Positions 24,110-34,237 of a stretch of DNA of 64,000 nucleotides are shown piece after piece. Within the stretch, counting starts at the first letter, position 1, and every line of letters begins with the position of its first letter. The stretch lies in the NCBI RefSeq assembly GCF_054482595.1, contig NZ_CM137008.1. One strand, written 5' to 3'. Below the pieces are notes generated by a model that was not told the origin of the DNA, did not search any database, and worked only from the letters and a program-made list of their open reading frames with translations. Position numbers and translations under genes: made by a program.

Positions 24110-24440
24110 CAAGCGCCACCCGGCAAAACCGGCAGCAGGGGCTTATTCCCCCTGCTTTTCCAGCGCATACTTATACAACGCATTCTTCTTCACTCCGTGG
24201 ATTTCTGCCGCCAACGCCGCCGCTTGCTTCAACGGCAGCTCAGCCTACAACAGCGCCAGCGTACGCAGCGCATTGGCGGGCAGTTCGTCATCCTGGGCTT
24301 TATGGCCTTCAATAATCAGCACCATCTCGCCTTTGCGAGGGTTTTTATCTTCTTTGATCCACGCCAGCAGTTCGCCGACCGACGTGCCGTGGATGGTTCC
24401 CAGGCGGGTGTTCATCACATAACGGTATAGGGCATCATTC
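24110..24440 (-). pseudogene. rsmI: 3' fragment of a 16S rRNA 2'-O-methyltransferase gene with an internal stop
   Basis: Minus-strand translation gives [83 protein letters not shown], matching the RsmI C-terminus with an in-frame TAG; the 5' part is replaced by IS66 sequence. Confidence 0.7.
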
Positions 24441-25191
24441 AGCGGAGCCATTAACTGGCAGCACGCGTCAACCCAGTTGGAGAGTAATGCACGGCTCAGC
24501 TCGACGCCCTAACGGGCAAAGATTTCACTCTGACGGTACAGTGGCAGATGTTCGCAGTATTTCCCGTTAACACACGGGCAAGCAAGCCGGGACCTGCGAT
24601 ACCACGCTCTATCGGACGGGACGGCGCCGGTGCTTCAACAATACAGTCACATTTTGTACAGGCTTTTTTTACCCGAACAGTGCGGATCACTTTCAGGGCA
24701 CTGCTCACCAGTTCCAGCTGCTCAGCACTGACTTCCCCCAGATAATCCAGCTCACTGCCACACTCCTGGCAACAACTTTCTTCAGGTTCCAGGCGGTGTA
24801 TTTCACGGGGAAGATGTGCCGGTAACGGACGACGATGACGTGACTGTCGCAACTGGCGGGGAACCTGCGGGTCATCCTCTCGCCCACTGTAACGATCGCT
24901 GTCCTGTTCTCGTTGTTTCAGTTGGGACTCAGCCTGTTCAACCTCACGCTGCAGTTTTTCAGAACGGGTACCGAACAGCATCCGGCGCAGTTTTTCTATC
25001 TGAGCCCGAAGATGTTCTATTTCCCGTTCCTCCTCTTCGATCTTTTCTTCGGCGCGGGCCAGCGCAGAGCGCAGGAAGGCCTCCGTCTCTTCAACCAGAC
25101 TCAGTTGCTGGTCTTTCTGACGGAGGGCTTCAGCCTGCTCAGAGAGCAACCTTTCCAGTTCTGCAATGCGAATGAGGTATTTCTGACTCAT
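24441..25191 (-). pseudogene. IS66 family transposase TnpC, frameshifted and 3'-truncated
   Basis: N-terminal coiled-coil and zinc-finger region intact (MSQKYLIRIAELERLLSEQ...); after GPGLLARVLT the frame shifts, and the sequence ends in a fusion with the rsmI fragment. Confidence 0.8.
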
Positions 25192-25221
25192 GACCGTTTT
25201 TATAATGCGGTCAGGAGTTTT

Positions 25222-25572
25222 TTACAACATTGTCAGTGAGTTAAGGCGGGATGTTTTTGGCTGACGCCAGTCCAGCTTATCGAGGAGCATTGCCAGTTGC
25301 GAGCGGGTAATGGATACCTTGCCGTCACGTACCGCAGGCCAGATAAACTGGCCTTCCTCCAGGTGTTTGGTGAACTGGCACAGACCATCAGAATCGGCCC
25401 AGAGTATTTTAACAGTGTCACACCGTCGGCCACGAAAGATAAACAGGTGACCTGAGAAGGGGTTCTCATCCAGCACATGTTGTACCTGTTCTCCCAGACC
25501 GTTGAAGGATTTACGCATATCGGTAACGCCGGCAACGAGCCAGATGCGGGTACCTGATGGGCGTGAGATCAT
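25222..25572 (-). CDS. IS66 family TnpB (Orf2)
   Basis: 116 aa, MISRPSGTRIWLVAGVTDMRKSFNGL...; overlaps the tnpA stop. Confidence 0.85.
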   Translation of the reverse strand: MISRPSGTRIWLVAGVTDMRKSFNGLGEQVQHVLDENPFSGHLFIFRGRRCDTVKILWADSDGLCQFTKHLEEGQFIWPAVRDGKVSITRSQLAMLLDKLDWRQPKTSRLNSLTML

Positions 25573-26006
25573 CTTCCCCTCCCGGTCAGTTCACGGATCA
25601 ACACAGTGAGCAGCTCTGGTGAAGGATTTTCCAGTGTCATTTTACCGTAATGGAATTCCACATGGCAGGAAGCCGCACAAGCAACTGATAATGCCTCCGG
25701 AGCAGGAGCATCTGTAGCACAGAGCGGGGTGTCGGTAAGTTCCACTGGAACCAGAGTCGGAGAGGCCGGAAAAGATTGTGGTACTGTAGGGCCTACAATA
25801 GTTGGAGGTATTCTACGAGAAATACGTATTTCTCTTTGCCAGAGGCGTAGCCATTTAAAAATCAGGTTGTTATCAACGCCATGTTCCCGGGCCAGTTGTG
25901 CAACATTGGCATTTGGTTTCGAAGCCAGTTCAACCATATGAAGCTTAAATTCATTAGAAAATATCCGGCGGGTCCCAGTGCGCCAGTCTGTAGATTTATC
26001 CATCAA
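25569..26006 (-). CDS. IS66 family accessory protein TnpA (Orf1)
   Basis: 145 aa with the N-terminal FSNEFKLHMVELA...AQLAREHGV HTH-like motif. Confidence 0.85.
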   Translation of the reverse strand: MMDKSTDWRTGTRRIFSNEFKLHMVELASKPNANVAQLAREHGVDNNLIFKWLRLWQREIRISRRIPPTIVGPTVPQSFPASPTLVPVELTDTPLCATDAPAPEALSVACAASCHVEFHYGKMTLENPSPELLTVLIRELTGRGR

Positions 26007-26348
26007 TAGAACTCCGTCTAATTTAGAAGGAGCTCTAATTTAGTCTGCAAGGATCAGGTGTTACAGACGGCACTGGCTTTACGTTTACAAACAGTACGTG
26101 ATGAGTATGAGGCTTTTTTATCTGTATATAATCCCTCATTCTGTAAATTGGGATAGGGCAATTTCACAATCATCCTCCTCCCATATCACCAGTATATACT
26201 GAGCCGTGTTTATCTATTTGGTTAAAATTCGCTACAATCCCATTTTCTCTTTTGGGAATATAACAGTCTCCATTGTCTCTTTATTGGTTAATGGAGACTG
26301 TGTTTAAAGGAAGAAATCAGGAGTGATTGACAGGGTACCTGTCAGCAA

Positions 26349-27659
26349 TCAATACAATTCAGATTCCAGTTTTCCGTTCCCTGCAATTTTATTTAGTCCG
26401 GGAGAGTTCAATCTCTCCAGACATAACGAAAACAGTTCAACACCTGTATCCAGCACATTTTCATCAAAATCAAAATCAACTTCGTGATGACCTGCTTTTA
26501 AATCACTGCCAAGTATTATATATGCAGCTTTTCCTCCTCTCTTCTGTACACGGCGAATAAGGATCGTTGCATCTTCACTGCCCCCAAATGATTTATCTGT
26601 CAAAGACATGTTCATATCTTCTTGTGCTATATAGTGTATCAGATTGACAAGTAAAGGGTCATTATGTAAATCCGTTGCTTCACCAACCACTTTGTACTCA
26701 AAACGTAAACCAAATATGGAAGAAATACCTTGTGCTATTTTTAGAGCATGTTCACGCATGTATTGATTTATTGTTTCCGTTTCTCCACGAACTTCAAGCT
26801 GCATCCTTGCAAAAGACGGGATTATGTTCCTTCCTTCACCTGCGTTTAGAGTGCCAATATTTATCCGGGACATACCTTCACCATGGCGTGGAATGGCAAG
26901 TAATTGCGTTGCACAGTGACAAGCTGCTGCCAGTGCATTATTTCCCAGGTGAGGATTTACACCAGCATGTGCCGGAGTACCATAGAAAAAGAAATCCATT
27001 TTTGTCGTACACAACAAATCTGTAGGTGAAGCGACAACATTTCCTGTAGGAACTCCCATACCAATATGTGCAGAAAGGAAGTAGTCGCAGTCATCAAGAA
27101 TACCACCTTCTGCAATAGGTTTTGCACCGCGAACGCCTTCTTCTGCAGCCTGAAAAATTAGCTTAATTTTCCCGCATAACTTATGGTTATTTTCAGATAC
27201 CCATTGTGCCAATCCTAAACCAATCGATATATGACCATCATGTCCACATGCATGCATTAAGCCAGAGTGTATGGATGCAAATCCCATTTTTTCAGGAATA
27301 TGATCTTTCGATTTTGATTCACTTACCTGTACACAATCAATGTCAAAACGAAACGCAGTGACAGCTCCATTTTTTCCTGTATCCCATAAAGCAACACACC
27401 CTGTAAAGCCATCCATTTCATCCAGCAATTCATGGGGAACGCCTGAATCAACTGCACGTTTTATACTATCTGCAACTTCAGTTGCATTACGGCCCATAAT
27501 ATATTCTATTGACAGGTATTTATTCCCCGTAATAACCTGCCATCCCATACCACGCAGAATAGTAATTATCTTTGACGTTGTGATAAATTCGCACCACCCA
27601 CTTTCCGGAATATGGTGAAATTCTCTCCGCCATTTTTGTAACTGATTCAGTTCAGACAT
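26349..27659 (-). CDS. M20D family amidohydrolase (AbgA/HipO-like)
   Basis: 436 aa; HACGHDGH and other M20 metal-binding motifs. Confidence 0.85.
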   Translation of the reverse strand: MSELNQLQKWRREFHHIPESGWCEFITTSKIITILRGMGWQVITGNKYLSIEYIMGRNATEVADSIKRAVDSGVPHELLDEMDGFTGCVALWDTGKNGAVTAFRFDIDCVQVSESKSKDHIPEKMGFASIHSGLMHACGHDGHISIGLGLAQWVSENNHKLCGKIKLIFQAAEEGVRGAKPIAEGGILDDCDYFLSAHIGMGVPTGNVVASPTDLLCTTKMDFFFYGTPAHAGVNPHLGNNALAAACHCATQLLAIPRHGEGMSRINIGTLNAGEGRNIIPSFARMQLEVRGETETINQYMREHALKIAQGISSIFGLRFEYKVVGEATDLHNDPLLVNLIHYIAQEDMNMSLTDKSFGGSEDATILIRRVQKRGGKAAYIILGSDLKAGHHEVDFDFDENVLDTGVELFSLCLERLNSPGLNKIAGNGKLESELY

Positions 27660-27671
27660 ATACGCCTCCTG

Positions 27672-28961
27672 TTAAAGGAATAATAATGCAATAAACAATA
27701 CCGTCACAATCATTCCGGGGGCAGTGCGTTTTGCAATTTCAACTGGATTAACTCCAGCCAGACCGGCACAGATAATAGTTGCACCAGCCAACGGAGACAT
27801 GTTTCTCCCCAGCGCAGAAGCCAGCATAACTGCAGCACCCAGAGTATTTGTATCGTAACCAAAATTGTTCGCATGTGGTGTGACAACTTCATTGAATGCG
27901 AATGCAGTCGCATCCCCTGTTCCGGTTATAAGTCCCATCAGGAATGGCCCCAATGTACCGCCCCAGCGGGCAAATTCTGGTGAGTCAATAAGAAATCTGA
28001 TAAACACATCAATGATACCAACAGATTTTAAACCTTCAATGAAAACAGCTGCGGCAATTATGATCCCAAGAATATTTGCATATGATGTCCCCATACCCTC
28101 AAAGAAGCTGGAAACTAATTCTTTGGGATTGGATTTACTGACAATCAGGGCATAAAGACAACCGAGAATCATTGCGGCTGGAACGGTTATTTTAGTCTCT
28201 CCAAGAAAACCAAATTCAGCCAGCATAAGTAATGCTATGGGAAGAAATGGTGCTACAGATTTCAGATAAAAACAGATACCACGGTCAGTGAACTCAACCT
28301 GTGTTTGTTCTGATATGTTTCCTGCAGAATCACATTTTGTTTCTTTTCTTACAATAGCAACAACTGTAAGAATAACAGCACATATTACACCACATGTTAT
28401 CGTAGTCGGAGTATGGAATACAACGAATTCCATTAATGGTGTTTGTGATATTTTAGATATAAATGCATTATGTGCAACACCGGGATTGAGGTAAGCACCT
28501 ATAGTTCCTGAAAGGATAGCTGCCCCGGCTATTGCAGGATGAATACGTGCTGAAATAAGTAATGGTATCAACGTTGCACCAACAGCAGCTGATGCGCCAG
28601 CAGCAGATGGAATCGCGATGCAAATAATAAAACTGACGGTAACCGCAGCAGGAATAAGAAAGATACCAAGACGAGATAATCCTTTCGTTAGAAAATGAAC
28701 CAGGCATGTATCACAACCAGTGAATTTCATAACACAGGCAAAGCCCATACTGGTACAAATAGCCTGAATAAGGCCGGACTCAGTCATTCTGCTTGCAAAT
28801 GCCGAAAATGCGTTTAAAGGTGACATGGCAACTATACATAGCAGAAGACCTGCACCAATTAGTGTCGTTCGTGTGTCGTATCTTTTTATCAAAAGCACAA
28901 CTGTGATTATCAGAATCACACATCCAGTTATCACGTTAAACATGAGATCCACCTCCTTCAA
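27672..28961 (-). CDS. DcuC-family anaerobic carrier-type membrane transporter
   Basis: 429 aa polytopic membrane protein with DcuC-like C-terminal pattern; forms an operon with the M20 gene (12 bp gap). Confidence 0.65.
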   Translation of the reverse strand: MKEVDLMFNVITGCVILIITVVLLIKRYDTRTTLIGAGLLLCIVAMSPLNAFSAFASRMTESGLIQAICTSMGFACVMKFTGCDTCLVHFLTKGLSRLGIFLIPAAVTVSFIICIAIPSAAGASAAVGATLIPLLISARIHPAIAGAAILSGTIGAYLNPGVAHNAFISKISQTPLMEFVVFHTPTTITCGVICAVILTVVAIVRKETKCDSAGNISEQTQVEFTDRGICFYLKSVAPFLPIALLMLAEFGFLGETKITVPAAMILGCLYALIVSKSNPKELVSSFFEGMGTSYANILGIIIAAAVFIEGLKSVGIIDVFIRFLIDSPEFARWGGTLGPFLMGLITGTGDATAFAFNEVVTPHANNFGYDTNTLGAAVMLASALGRNMSPLAGATIICAGLAGVNPVEIAKRTAPGMIVTVLFIALLFL

Positions 28962-29078
28962 AGATAGATAATCTTTACTTTATGTGATTTGCTCAAATAT
29001 TGATCATGAACAAAAAAAACAATTAACCGGGGATACTATTATGATGGAGGTGATAACAGAAAATTATCAGGCGAAAAA

Positions 29079-29996
29079 ATGAAACATATGCCTAAACTTC
29101 AACAAATTAAATTTTTTAATGAAATAGTCCTGTGCGGAAGTTTAAGATCTGCCGCCCGTAAAATGAATATATCTCAGCCAGCATTAAGCAGAACGATAAA
29201 AGAATTGGAGAATGTATTAGGATGTAACCTTCTGATTCGAACAAGGGATGGTATCGTTTTAACAGAAGCTGGAAAGATATTCTCGGTCCATTCACGTATG
29301 ATTCTTGAAGAGGTTGAAACTGCAGCTCTTGAAGTTGCGAAAGTAAATATAGATAACACAGGGAAAGTAGCTTTTGGAATTTCTTCGCTGTTTGGCGTAA
29401 CAATACTGAATAATGTACTTGATAACTTCCGGATGAAATATCCGAAAACGCGTGTGATGATAAGAGAGGGACAGTTGTCTTCCCTTATCCCTTACCTGAG
29501 AGAAGGTGTTCTGGATTTTGCAATGGGTACATTAACAAAAGACATGCCAGTTGGAGATTTTATTGCGGTTGAATTGTTTAACGCACCGTTCACTATAGTG
29601 GCAAGAAAACACCATCCTTTAAGGAACTGTACATCAATTGATGAACTTGCAACTGCAAGATGGGTATTCCCGGAAACTCAAATGGGATACTATCATTATA
29701 TATCCCGTCTTATTCCCTTTGGACATCCTGATGAACCATATGCTCCAATATTTACCGATTCGGTAGTTTGTATTATGAATCTTGTTCTCTATGATGACTA
29801 TATAACGGTTCTCTCCAGAGCAAGGTTACAGGAAGCAAGATTCAAAGAAATATTGTGTTCAATTCCTGTTAAGTATCAACTACCCGTTAGCCAGTACGGG
29901 CTTATTTATCCACGAAAAAGGTTAATGACGGCACCAGCACAAATAATGATTGAATATTTTCAACAAGAGATACAACGATATGACTGGAATGGATGA
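29079..29996 (+). CDS. LysR family transcriptional regulator
   Basis: 305 aa; N-terminal HTH (LRSAARKMNISQPALSRTIKELE) and LysR substrate-binding domain; divergent from the transporter/hydrolase operon. Confidence 0.85.
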   Translation: MKHMPKLQQIKFFNEIVLCGSLRSAARKMNISQPALSRTIKELENVLGCNLLIRTRDGIVLTEAGKIFSVHSRMILEEVETAALEVAKVNIDNTGKVAFGISSLFGVTILNNVLDNFRMKYPKTRVMIREGQLSSLIPYLREGVLDFAMGTLTKDMPVGDFIAVELFNAPFTIVARKHHPLRNCTSIDELATARWVFPETQMGYYHYISRLIPFGHPDEPYAPIFTDSVVCIMNLVLYDDYITVLSRARLQEARFKEILCSIPVKYQLPVSQYGLIYPRKRLMTAPAQIMIEYFQQEIQRYDWNG

Positions 29997-30049
29997 GCAA
30001 TACCCGGAATGATGGTGCCGTTACGGGGAAGTCATCTTCACAGAAATTT

Positions 30050-31801
30050 TCAGTCCATTAGCATTCCGGTATTCGTACAACTTCCTTTGGTGGAGAGTAA
30101 ACAATGACCAGGATGCGATGGACGCTTGACCAGAAAAAACATCACGTTGCTGCATGGCGTGCCAGTGGTCTTACACGCCAGCAATACTGTGAACTCAACG
30201 ATATTCCCTTCACATCACTTCGCGAATGGCCGCAGGATGTCGCAAAAGCTGAACGCCGGGCAAATGAACCGACCGTTCTTCCCGTTCATATTGCGCCACC
30301 ACTGCATGCTGATGTATCACAGCCCGTCACGAATGAGCCAGTCACGCTCTTCCTCCCCGGCGGAGTACGGATGTGCTGTCAGCCGTCACAACTTACCGAT
30401 GTCTTCAGGGCGCTCAAATGTGCTCAGTCCTGATAATGTCTTCATCGCGATTAAACCTGCTGATATGCGCCGGGGCATCGACACACTGACGCAGTATATA
30501 CAGGATGAACTCAGGTCGACATGGCATGAGGGAGCCGCCTTCGTCTTTGTTAACAAAGCCCGTTCGCGTATCAAAGTTCTGCGCTGGGATAAACACGGGG
30601 TGTGGTTGTGTACCCGTCGTCTGCATAAAGGCAGCTTCCGCTGGCCACGTACAAATGACGTTGCCTGGCACCTCACTCCCGACGAGTTTAATTGGCTTAT
30701 TGCCGGTGTTGCCTGGCAGCAAGTTAAGGGACATGACCTGACGAAATGGGTCTGGCTGAATGAAGCTGAACTGCGTGCTATGGCACTTGCCATGGTGCAA
30801 AAAGTCATGTCGGAGAATGCCGAAAAAGAGCGGGAATTACTGGAGAAAAGCCGGCGCATCCAGCTTCTGGACGAAATGCTGAAACTGGTTCGTCAACAGC
30901 GCTTCGGTAAAAATGTGAGACGCTGGCTGGTATGCAACGCTCCCTGTTCGAAGAGGATGTTGATGCCGATATCGCCGCGCTCACCGCACATCTGGATAAA
31001 CTGCTCCCGCAATCCCCTGAAGAAGACGAAAAAGCGCCCCGTTCATGCCCGATACGCAAACCCTTACCGGTCCATCTTCCACGGGTGGAAAAAATTATCC
31101 AGCCGGACACTGACCATTGCCCTGAATGTGACGAGCTGCTGCACTATATCCGTGATGCGGTGAGTGAAAAGCTGGAGTATATTCCCGCTCACTTCGTGGT
31201 GAACCGTTATGTCCGTCCGCAATACAGTTGTCCCTGTTGCCTGAAGGTGTTTAGCGGTGAAATGCCGGCACATATCCTCCCGAAAAGTGCCGTTGAGCCG
31301 TCAGTCATCGCACAGGTGATCATCAATAAATACAGTGACCACCAGCCTCTGTATCGCCAGCAACAGATCTTTGCCCGTTCAGATGTCGGGCTGCCCGTCA
31401 GTTCGATGGCTGATATGGTTGGCGCGTCGGGAGCCACATTATCCCCCCTGGCGGCGTTACTCCATCGCGAGTTGATAAGCCGTCAGGTGGTGCATGCAGA
31501 TGAGACTACCCTGAAGATCCTGAACACGAAGAAAGGCGGTAAATCCTGCTCCTGTTATCTGTGGGCATACGTCAGTGGAGAAAGGACAGGACCGTCAGTT
31601 GTGTGTTTCGACTGCCGGACCGGACGTAGCCATGAGTATCCTGAAAACTGGCTTCAGAGCTGGGTCGGGACACTGGTTGTTGACGGACATAAAGCTTACC
31701 GGACTCTGGCAAACAAAGTGCCGGAGATCACGCTGGCCGGATGCTGGGCCCATGTCAGTCATGCCAGTGAAACTGGTGATGTAGTTCATGTCGATCAGTA
31801 G
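30050..31801 (+). mobile_element. second IS66-family element of a different subtype, with frameshifted and 3'-truncated tnpC
   Basis: tnpA 30104..30433, tnpB frame about 30430..30770 (inside track ORF 30126..31163), tnpC pieces up to 31801 (coiled-coil then CPECDELL zinc finger, HADETTLKIL, AGCWAH), split over frames and ending prematurely. Ends approximate. Confidence 0.75.
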
Positions 31802-32419
31802 AGTGTTGGCACGCAGCAATACGCTGTCGTGGCTTGTTGTGGCCAACATGGTCAGAATGTCCTCTGTGAGATTTATGAAGGTTGTGCGAATGCGGGGGAA
31901 TCTGCTGAACGGTGCTTTCAGAGCTGGCCTGCTACGGGATACCCGGGATTACCTGCGAGGTAATGGGCTTCCGGATCGCACACCTCACGACGATCGCAGG
32001 CGAAATCACTGAATGCTCTTTGAGTATATCTTCGCTGTCAGGTAACCAATGAACCCGTTCCACATCCCGGGAGCTTCTGGTACTGCGCCGCTTCGTCCGG
32101 TGACACAAAGCTCTTACATTGCCCATGGCATCCATAATCAACTGCTCCAGAACAGGGGCATCGAAATACGCCTTTCGGGCACATCACACCACTTTATATT
32201 CCGGCATATCAGGAGCATAGTTCCGGGTCAGAAGTACCGGTCATCAGATCGAGCAGGATGTCAGTCAATGCTGCCCCCGGGATTAACTATGCAGAAACAG
32301 TCCTGAGACACAGACAAGATCAGAGACGACGCACGCGTGTGGTTGATTGACACCAACGTGCGGGTTCAGCGAATCAGCGATCACGGTGCGATTTCGCGCC
32401 ACAGTACACAATCAATAGT

Positions 32420-32710
32420 AAGCGTAAACTGACCGCCGTATGTAGCCATTAAGCCTGTATTGGTAACGTAGGTGCCCACTTTTTCAACTAGTGGACACCT
32501 GTTATGGAACAGAAAATATTATCCGCAGAACCCCGCAGAACATTTTCAAATGAGTTTAAACTTCAAATGGTTAAACTGGCTTCACAACCAGGAGCCTCTG
32601 TTGCCCGTATTGCCAGGGAACACGATATCAATGATAATCTTCTGCTCAAATGGCTCTGGCTGATCGGCCTTCCCCCACTTTTTACGCGAGGTGATTATGA
32701 AGATCAATGA
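32420..32710 (+). mobile_element. IS66-family left end with a 5' fragment of tnpA
   Basis: GTAAGCGTAAACTGACCGCC-type terminus near 32420, then ORF 32504.. encoding MEQKILSAEPRRTFSNEFKLQMVKLASQPGASVARIAREHDINDNLLLKWL, which then loses similarity. Confidence 0.5.
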
Positions 32711-32908
32711 CTAGCCGTCGAACCGTGTGCATGAACTGCTGCACTGAAACTTCTCAGCTGTAAAGTAATCCTTACGCTACGTACTTCTCGGAGCGCTTAC
32801 GATTAATCAGATGCAGTCCTGACTGGAAGAAAGAAAAATGGAAAAATAAGAGGAATTAATATATTCCACGTTCCTGAAATCCTGGAGGATATTAATGTCA
32901 TCAAAATA

Positions 32909-33860
32909 TTAGCGAACGATAATCCCTAACAAAATACCCAGTACGCCAAAGTCAGCATCACTGGAGGTGGTGTTAGCAAAACCAATATCATCCAGCACAG
33001 GCAATAAGAATACTGGCGGGAAGGTAATAGGCAAGCCTTGAGCGAAGGCACCCAAAATCGCACCACGACGTCCCCCCGTTGCATTACCGAATACCCCTGC
33101 AGTTGCACCTACGAAGAAGTGCGGCACCATACCAGGAATAATCACGATCATGTTCAGCAGATACAACGTGAACATACCGATTAAACCTGCAGCAAAGCTG
33201 CTCAGGAAACCAACCAGTATAGCGTTAGGTGCGTAAGGGAAGACGACCCGGGAATCGAGAGCTGGTCTGGCATTCGGAACCAGCTTGTCTGAAATACCTT
33301 TGAATGCCGGGACAATCTCCGCAATCACCATGCGCACACCCTGCAGAATGATGTAAACACCTGCTGCGAAGGTAATAGATTGCATGATGGAGAACATGAA
33401 CCAGTTTTTACCACCACTAAGCTCTTTCACCACATCTGCACGCGCAAACAGGCACGTCACCAGGAAAATTATGCTCATGGTAAAAGAGATAGCAACCGGC
33501 GTGTCGCGCAAGAACAGCAGACTTTTCGGCACATTCATGTCTTCAGTCGAGTGGTCTTTATTACCAAACTTGCTGCCGATGAAACCGGCCAATACATAAG
33601 ATAATGTTGAGAAGTGGCCGATGGCAACGTCATCAGAACCGGTCACTTTCTTCATGTACGGATGCGCAATAGCCGGGAAAAAGACCATTGCCACGCCAAC
33701 AACCAAAGAGCCAACGGCTATAAGCGTAATGCCGGTCATGCCTGCTGTTGCCAGAATTACCGCTACCATCATCGACATAAACAACGTGTGATGACCGGTC
33801 AGGAAGATAAATTTCCACGGTGTGAAACGGGCAATCAGAATGTTGATAACCATCAGAAAC
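32909..33860 (-). pseudogene. PTS EIIC (ascorbate-type, UlaA/SgaT/SgcC family) gene, N-terminally truncated
   Basis: About 315 aa of polytopic membrane protein with UlaA/SgaT-like C-terminal region; first about 20 codons of the track ORF are junk overlapping the sgcE fragment; opposite in orientation to the adjacent sgcE/sgcR. Confidence 0.65.
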
Positions 33861-33861
33861 G

Positions 33862-34221
33862 CTGGACTATCCCTCGGAAACGTTAGCTGAGATCCGCCAT
33901 ACCGGCGCACGAGCCGGGCTGGCATTTAATCCGGCGACCCCAATCGACGCCTGGCAATATCTGGCGTCTGAGCTGGACGGCGTGATGGTGATGACCTGTG
34001 AGCCCGATGGGCACGGACAGCGGTTTATTCCCTCTATGTGCGAGAAAATCCAAAAAGTACGCACGGCTTTTCCTCAGACCGAGTGCTGGGCCGACGGTGG
34101 AATTACGCTGGCGGCAGCACAGCAACTGGCTGCAGCCGGGGGGCAGCATATGGTGATTGGGCGCGTCTTGTTCTTTTCATCTGACTATCGCGCGACCTTA
34201 GTTCAATTCGCCACCCTGTAA
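33862..34221 (+). pseudogene. sgcE: pentulose-phosphate 3-epimerase gene, 3' fragment
   Basis: In-frame translation upstream of ORF 33982..34221 reads ...LALNPATPIDAWQYLASELDGVMVMTCEPDGHGQRFIPSMCEKIQKVRTAFPQTECWADGGITLAAAQQLAAAGG..., matching the SgcE C-terminal half; N-terminal half absent. Confidence 0.75.
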
Positions 34222-34237
34222 GAGGAGATTGTTTCTG

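Larger units (their letters stand above)
24441..26088 (-). mobile_element. IS66-family element, 3'-truncated (tnpA and tnpB intact, tnpC frameshifted and cut off)
   Basis: tnpA 25569..26006, tnpB 25222..25572, tnpC N-terminal part 24496..25191 then frameshifted and running into the rsmI fragment near 24440; left terminus near 26088. Ends approximate. Confidence 0.85.

Noticed and set aside
24089-24430. 113 aa ORF on the plus strand
   Set aside because: Opposite strand of the rsmI 3' fragment; the minus-strand translation gives the recognisable RsmI C-terminus.
30126-31163. 345 aa track ORF
   Set aside because: Not a single gene: it is a run-through of the IS66 tnpB frame into the tnpC coiled-coil region created by frame overlaps; annotated instead as parts of a degraded IS66 element.
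32420-32800. Possible internally deleted miniature IS66 with both ends
   Set aside because: A CGCTTAC-like string near 32793 matches an IS66 terminus only over 7-8 nt; insufficient to call a right end, so only the left-end fragment is reported.
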